A stretch of 16,174 nt of DNA from Candidatus Hermodarchaeota archaeon. GTDB taxonomy: Archaea; Asgardarchaeota; Hermodarchaeia; Hermodarchaeales; Hermodarchaeaceae. The notes under the pieces were generated by a model that saw only the letters and a list, made by a program, of their open reading frames with translations, made no database searches and was not told the DNA's origin. Location of the stretch: NCBI GenBank assembly GCA_016839365.1, contig JAEOUH010000037.1, positions 1 through 16,174 of the forward strand. The letters run 5' to 3'. Shown piece by piece: positions 14,321 to 16,174 of the stretch (positions within the stretch are counted from its first letter, which is position 1; the number at the start of each line of letters is the position of its first letter). The translations under genes and the position numbers were made by a program.

Positions 14321-16174
14321 TCACCTCAATACGGAGAGATCGTACCGGGCGGTACGGGCTTCAATTAGAATTGGAACGAAGGTATTCAAGATTAAGAGAC
14401 CGACTGTGGTTCCAATGAAGATTGCAAACATGACATTGAATGAGGGGGGTAAGAACCGTGGCAGCAGGAGAGCGGGTATAACCGTCGCCACTCCGCCACT
14501 AATAAGACCATAATAGATAATCAAGCCCACGGTCAATCCAAGGAGGATGGCAAATATCATCATCGTCAAGATTTCAGCTGACAGCATAGTGACGGTCTGC
14601 GTATAGGTCATTCCGCGAGCGCTCATCAGGGCTGTAGTTGTCCGTCGCTCTCGAAGCGTCAAATAGATGATGACCAAAGTGCCCACCGATGCAAGAATGA
14701 TAGCGAAGGCAACTCCCAATTGCATCATGTTGGTTGTGGAACTTCGAAGCACATCAATATTATAATTCTCAATCAGTGTAATCGCTGAATCGACTTGAAG
14801 AACATCGTCCAAGGCTTCCAATGTTTGGATTACCTCAGCATTGAACACAGGCGAATCTAGTGATACTAGCACATACCCTGTGGGATTTATCTCGGTGGAA
14901 TAGCTCTCCATCAACTCAACCGACACATATGACCAGGAGGGCTCAGCCATCCAATTTCCCCCTTGAGGGGAATAGGGCAGCTGTACAAATTCAGGCTCTG
15001 GACCCATGAATCCAATGATTGTCAGCGGTTGGAATCCGCTGTATTCAGAAAATTCAACGGAAATGGTCTGGCCAAAATCTGCCTGCACATTGATGGCTAC
15101 CAGTTTTTCAACAATGATTGTTTCATTGTTTTCTGCAATACCATTAAAAGCGATTGGATAGGGAACGCCTAATATCCATTCTGGTTCGAGGTAGGCAACT
15201 CCTAACCATTCACTGACATTTATCGCTCTCACAACAAGTCCGTCGCTTGCAACGGTATTTATCGTGAAGGTGTACTGGCCTGCAGCGTCACGAACTCCAT
15301 CAATGTTACGAATAGTGGGGAGCAAGTCGGTGACATTTTCGGGGTGACTGACATGGACTTTGATATCGGCACCCACAGATGTATAGGCACTTCTTATTGC
15401 CAGATCATTACTACTGCCGAGGATTCCAATGGTCTGCACAGAATACCCAACTATTAGTGCAGTGATGAAGATAATCGCTACTGTTCGTCCTGGACGCCTC
15501 GAGATGTTGTGTGAAGCTAATCCTCCTAGTTCACCCATGATCTTTCCAATGAAGCGCTCCGAATAATGGTAGAAGCCTTTCCAGCCCTTGACGATAAGTG
15601 TGACAAATCCCCAGAGGAATAACAAAGGTGCCCAGAATGAAATTATGGAATCAAAGACTACCCAATATAATGATAGTGAACCAAGAATTGGGTTGCTGAA
15701 GACTAAGCTTAATGCGACTTCAGCGACGTTGATTCCCAAAAGCCAGATGATAAGTTTGTAGCTTCCCAGAATTAAAGCCGTCCACGCTAGCATTCGTGGG
15801 AGCCCACCAGGCTCTCCTATTAAGGTGTACTCTCGGATTGCCTCAGTCGTTGGGATTTTTGCTGCTCTTCTGGCAGGGAGATAGGATGCAAAAACAGCAA
15901 TGAGAACTCCAATCAGAAATGTCAAGAAGATCGTATCGACACCGATACCTACGATGAGGATGGTTGTCCAGGTGATTGCCGGAATGAAAAAGGGAAGAAT
16001 TCCGATGGCGATAAGGATGCCAAAAATGCTTGCAATGATTCCAGTGAGGACTGCCTCCCATACAAACAGGCTGGTTATGGTGCTTCTTGTCACACCCTTA
16101 GTGAGTAACAGTCCCACTTCACGACGGCGAATAGAATAGGATACATCATTCAACGTCACGCCCATATACAAAGC
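14321..16174 (-). CDS. ABC transporter permease (FtsX/MacB-like, two permease domains), 5'-truncated by the window edge
   Basis: RRREVGLLLTKG...EA, ASYLPARRAAKI, RRPGRT, GADI and a second ERRTTTALMSARG..E motif. The frame is open to the window edge and ends 7 nt before the ATPase start. Confidence 0.9.
   Translation of the reverse strand, partial: ALYMGVTLNDVSYSIRRREVGLLLTKGVTRSTITSLFVWEAVLTGIIASIFGILIAIGILPFFIPAITWTTILIVGIGVDTIFLTFLIGVLIAVFASYLPARRAAKIPTTEAIREYTLIGEPGGLPRMLAWTALILGSYKLIIWLLGINVAEVALSLVFSNPILGSLSLYWVVFDSIISFWAPLLFLWGFVTLIVKGWKGFYHYSERFIGKIMGELGGLASHNISRRPGRTVAIIFITALIVGYSVQTIGILGSSNDLAIRSAYTSVGADIKVHVSHPENVTDLLPTIRNIDGVRDAAGQYTFTINTVASDGLVVRAINVSEWLGVAYLEPEWILGVPYPIAFNGIAENNETIIVEKLVAINVQADFGQTISVEFSEYSGFQPLTIIGFMGPEPEFVQLPYSPQGGNWMAEPSWSYVSVELMESYSTEINPTGYVLVSLDSPVFNAEVIQTLEALDDVLQVDSAITLIENYNIDVLRSSTTNMMQLGVAFAIILASVGTLVIIYLTLRERRTTTALMSARGMTYTQTVTMLSAEILTMMIFAILLGLTVGLIIYYGLISGGVATVIPALLLPRFLPPSFNVMFAIFIGTTVGLLILNTFVPILIEARTARYDLSVLR

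Noticed and set aside
1-16174. CRISPR arrays, IS elements, integrases, rRNA or tRNA genes
   Set aside because: No regularly spaced repeats, transposase or integrase motifs, or RNA-gene signatures were seen. Almost all the sequence is explained by protein genes.

Overview
Chromosomal window that looks archaeal: TATA-like boxes 25-38 nt upstream of starts, GGTGA/GAGGTG ribosome-binding sites, and a split methylmalonyl-CoA mutase. An Asgard-like anaerobe is plausible but is only an inference. Three themes are interleaved. (1) A biotin/B12 methylmalonyl-CoA module on the minus strand. It comprises an operon of acyl-CoA carboxyltransferase (12S/PccB/MmdA-like), pyruvate/oxaloacetate carboxyltransferase without a biotinyl domain (5S/OadA-like) and a probable stand-alone biotin carrier cut by the left edge, plus mce-birA and HIT-cobO-mutase. 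This is the architecture of a transcarboxylase-type methylmalonyl-CoA pathway. (2) A plus-strand oxidative-stress set: rubrerythrin, a rubredoxin missed by the ORF track, an 8-Cys protein and desulfoferrodoxin. A PC4-like protein, an unannotated 52-aa gene and a CTL/SLC44-like membrane protein lie among these. (3) An MFS transporter and a MacB/LolCDE-type ABC system cut by the right edge. Non-coding highlights are a perfect 16-bp palindrome at the carboxyltransferase promoter and a three-way-junction fold covering the RBS of the HIT-cobO-mutase operon. No rRNA, tRNA, CRISPR array or mobile element was seen.
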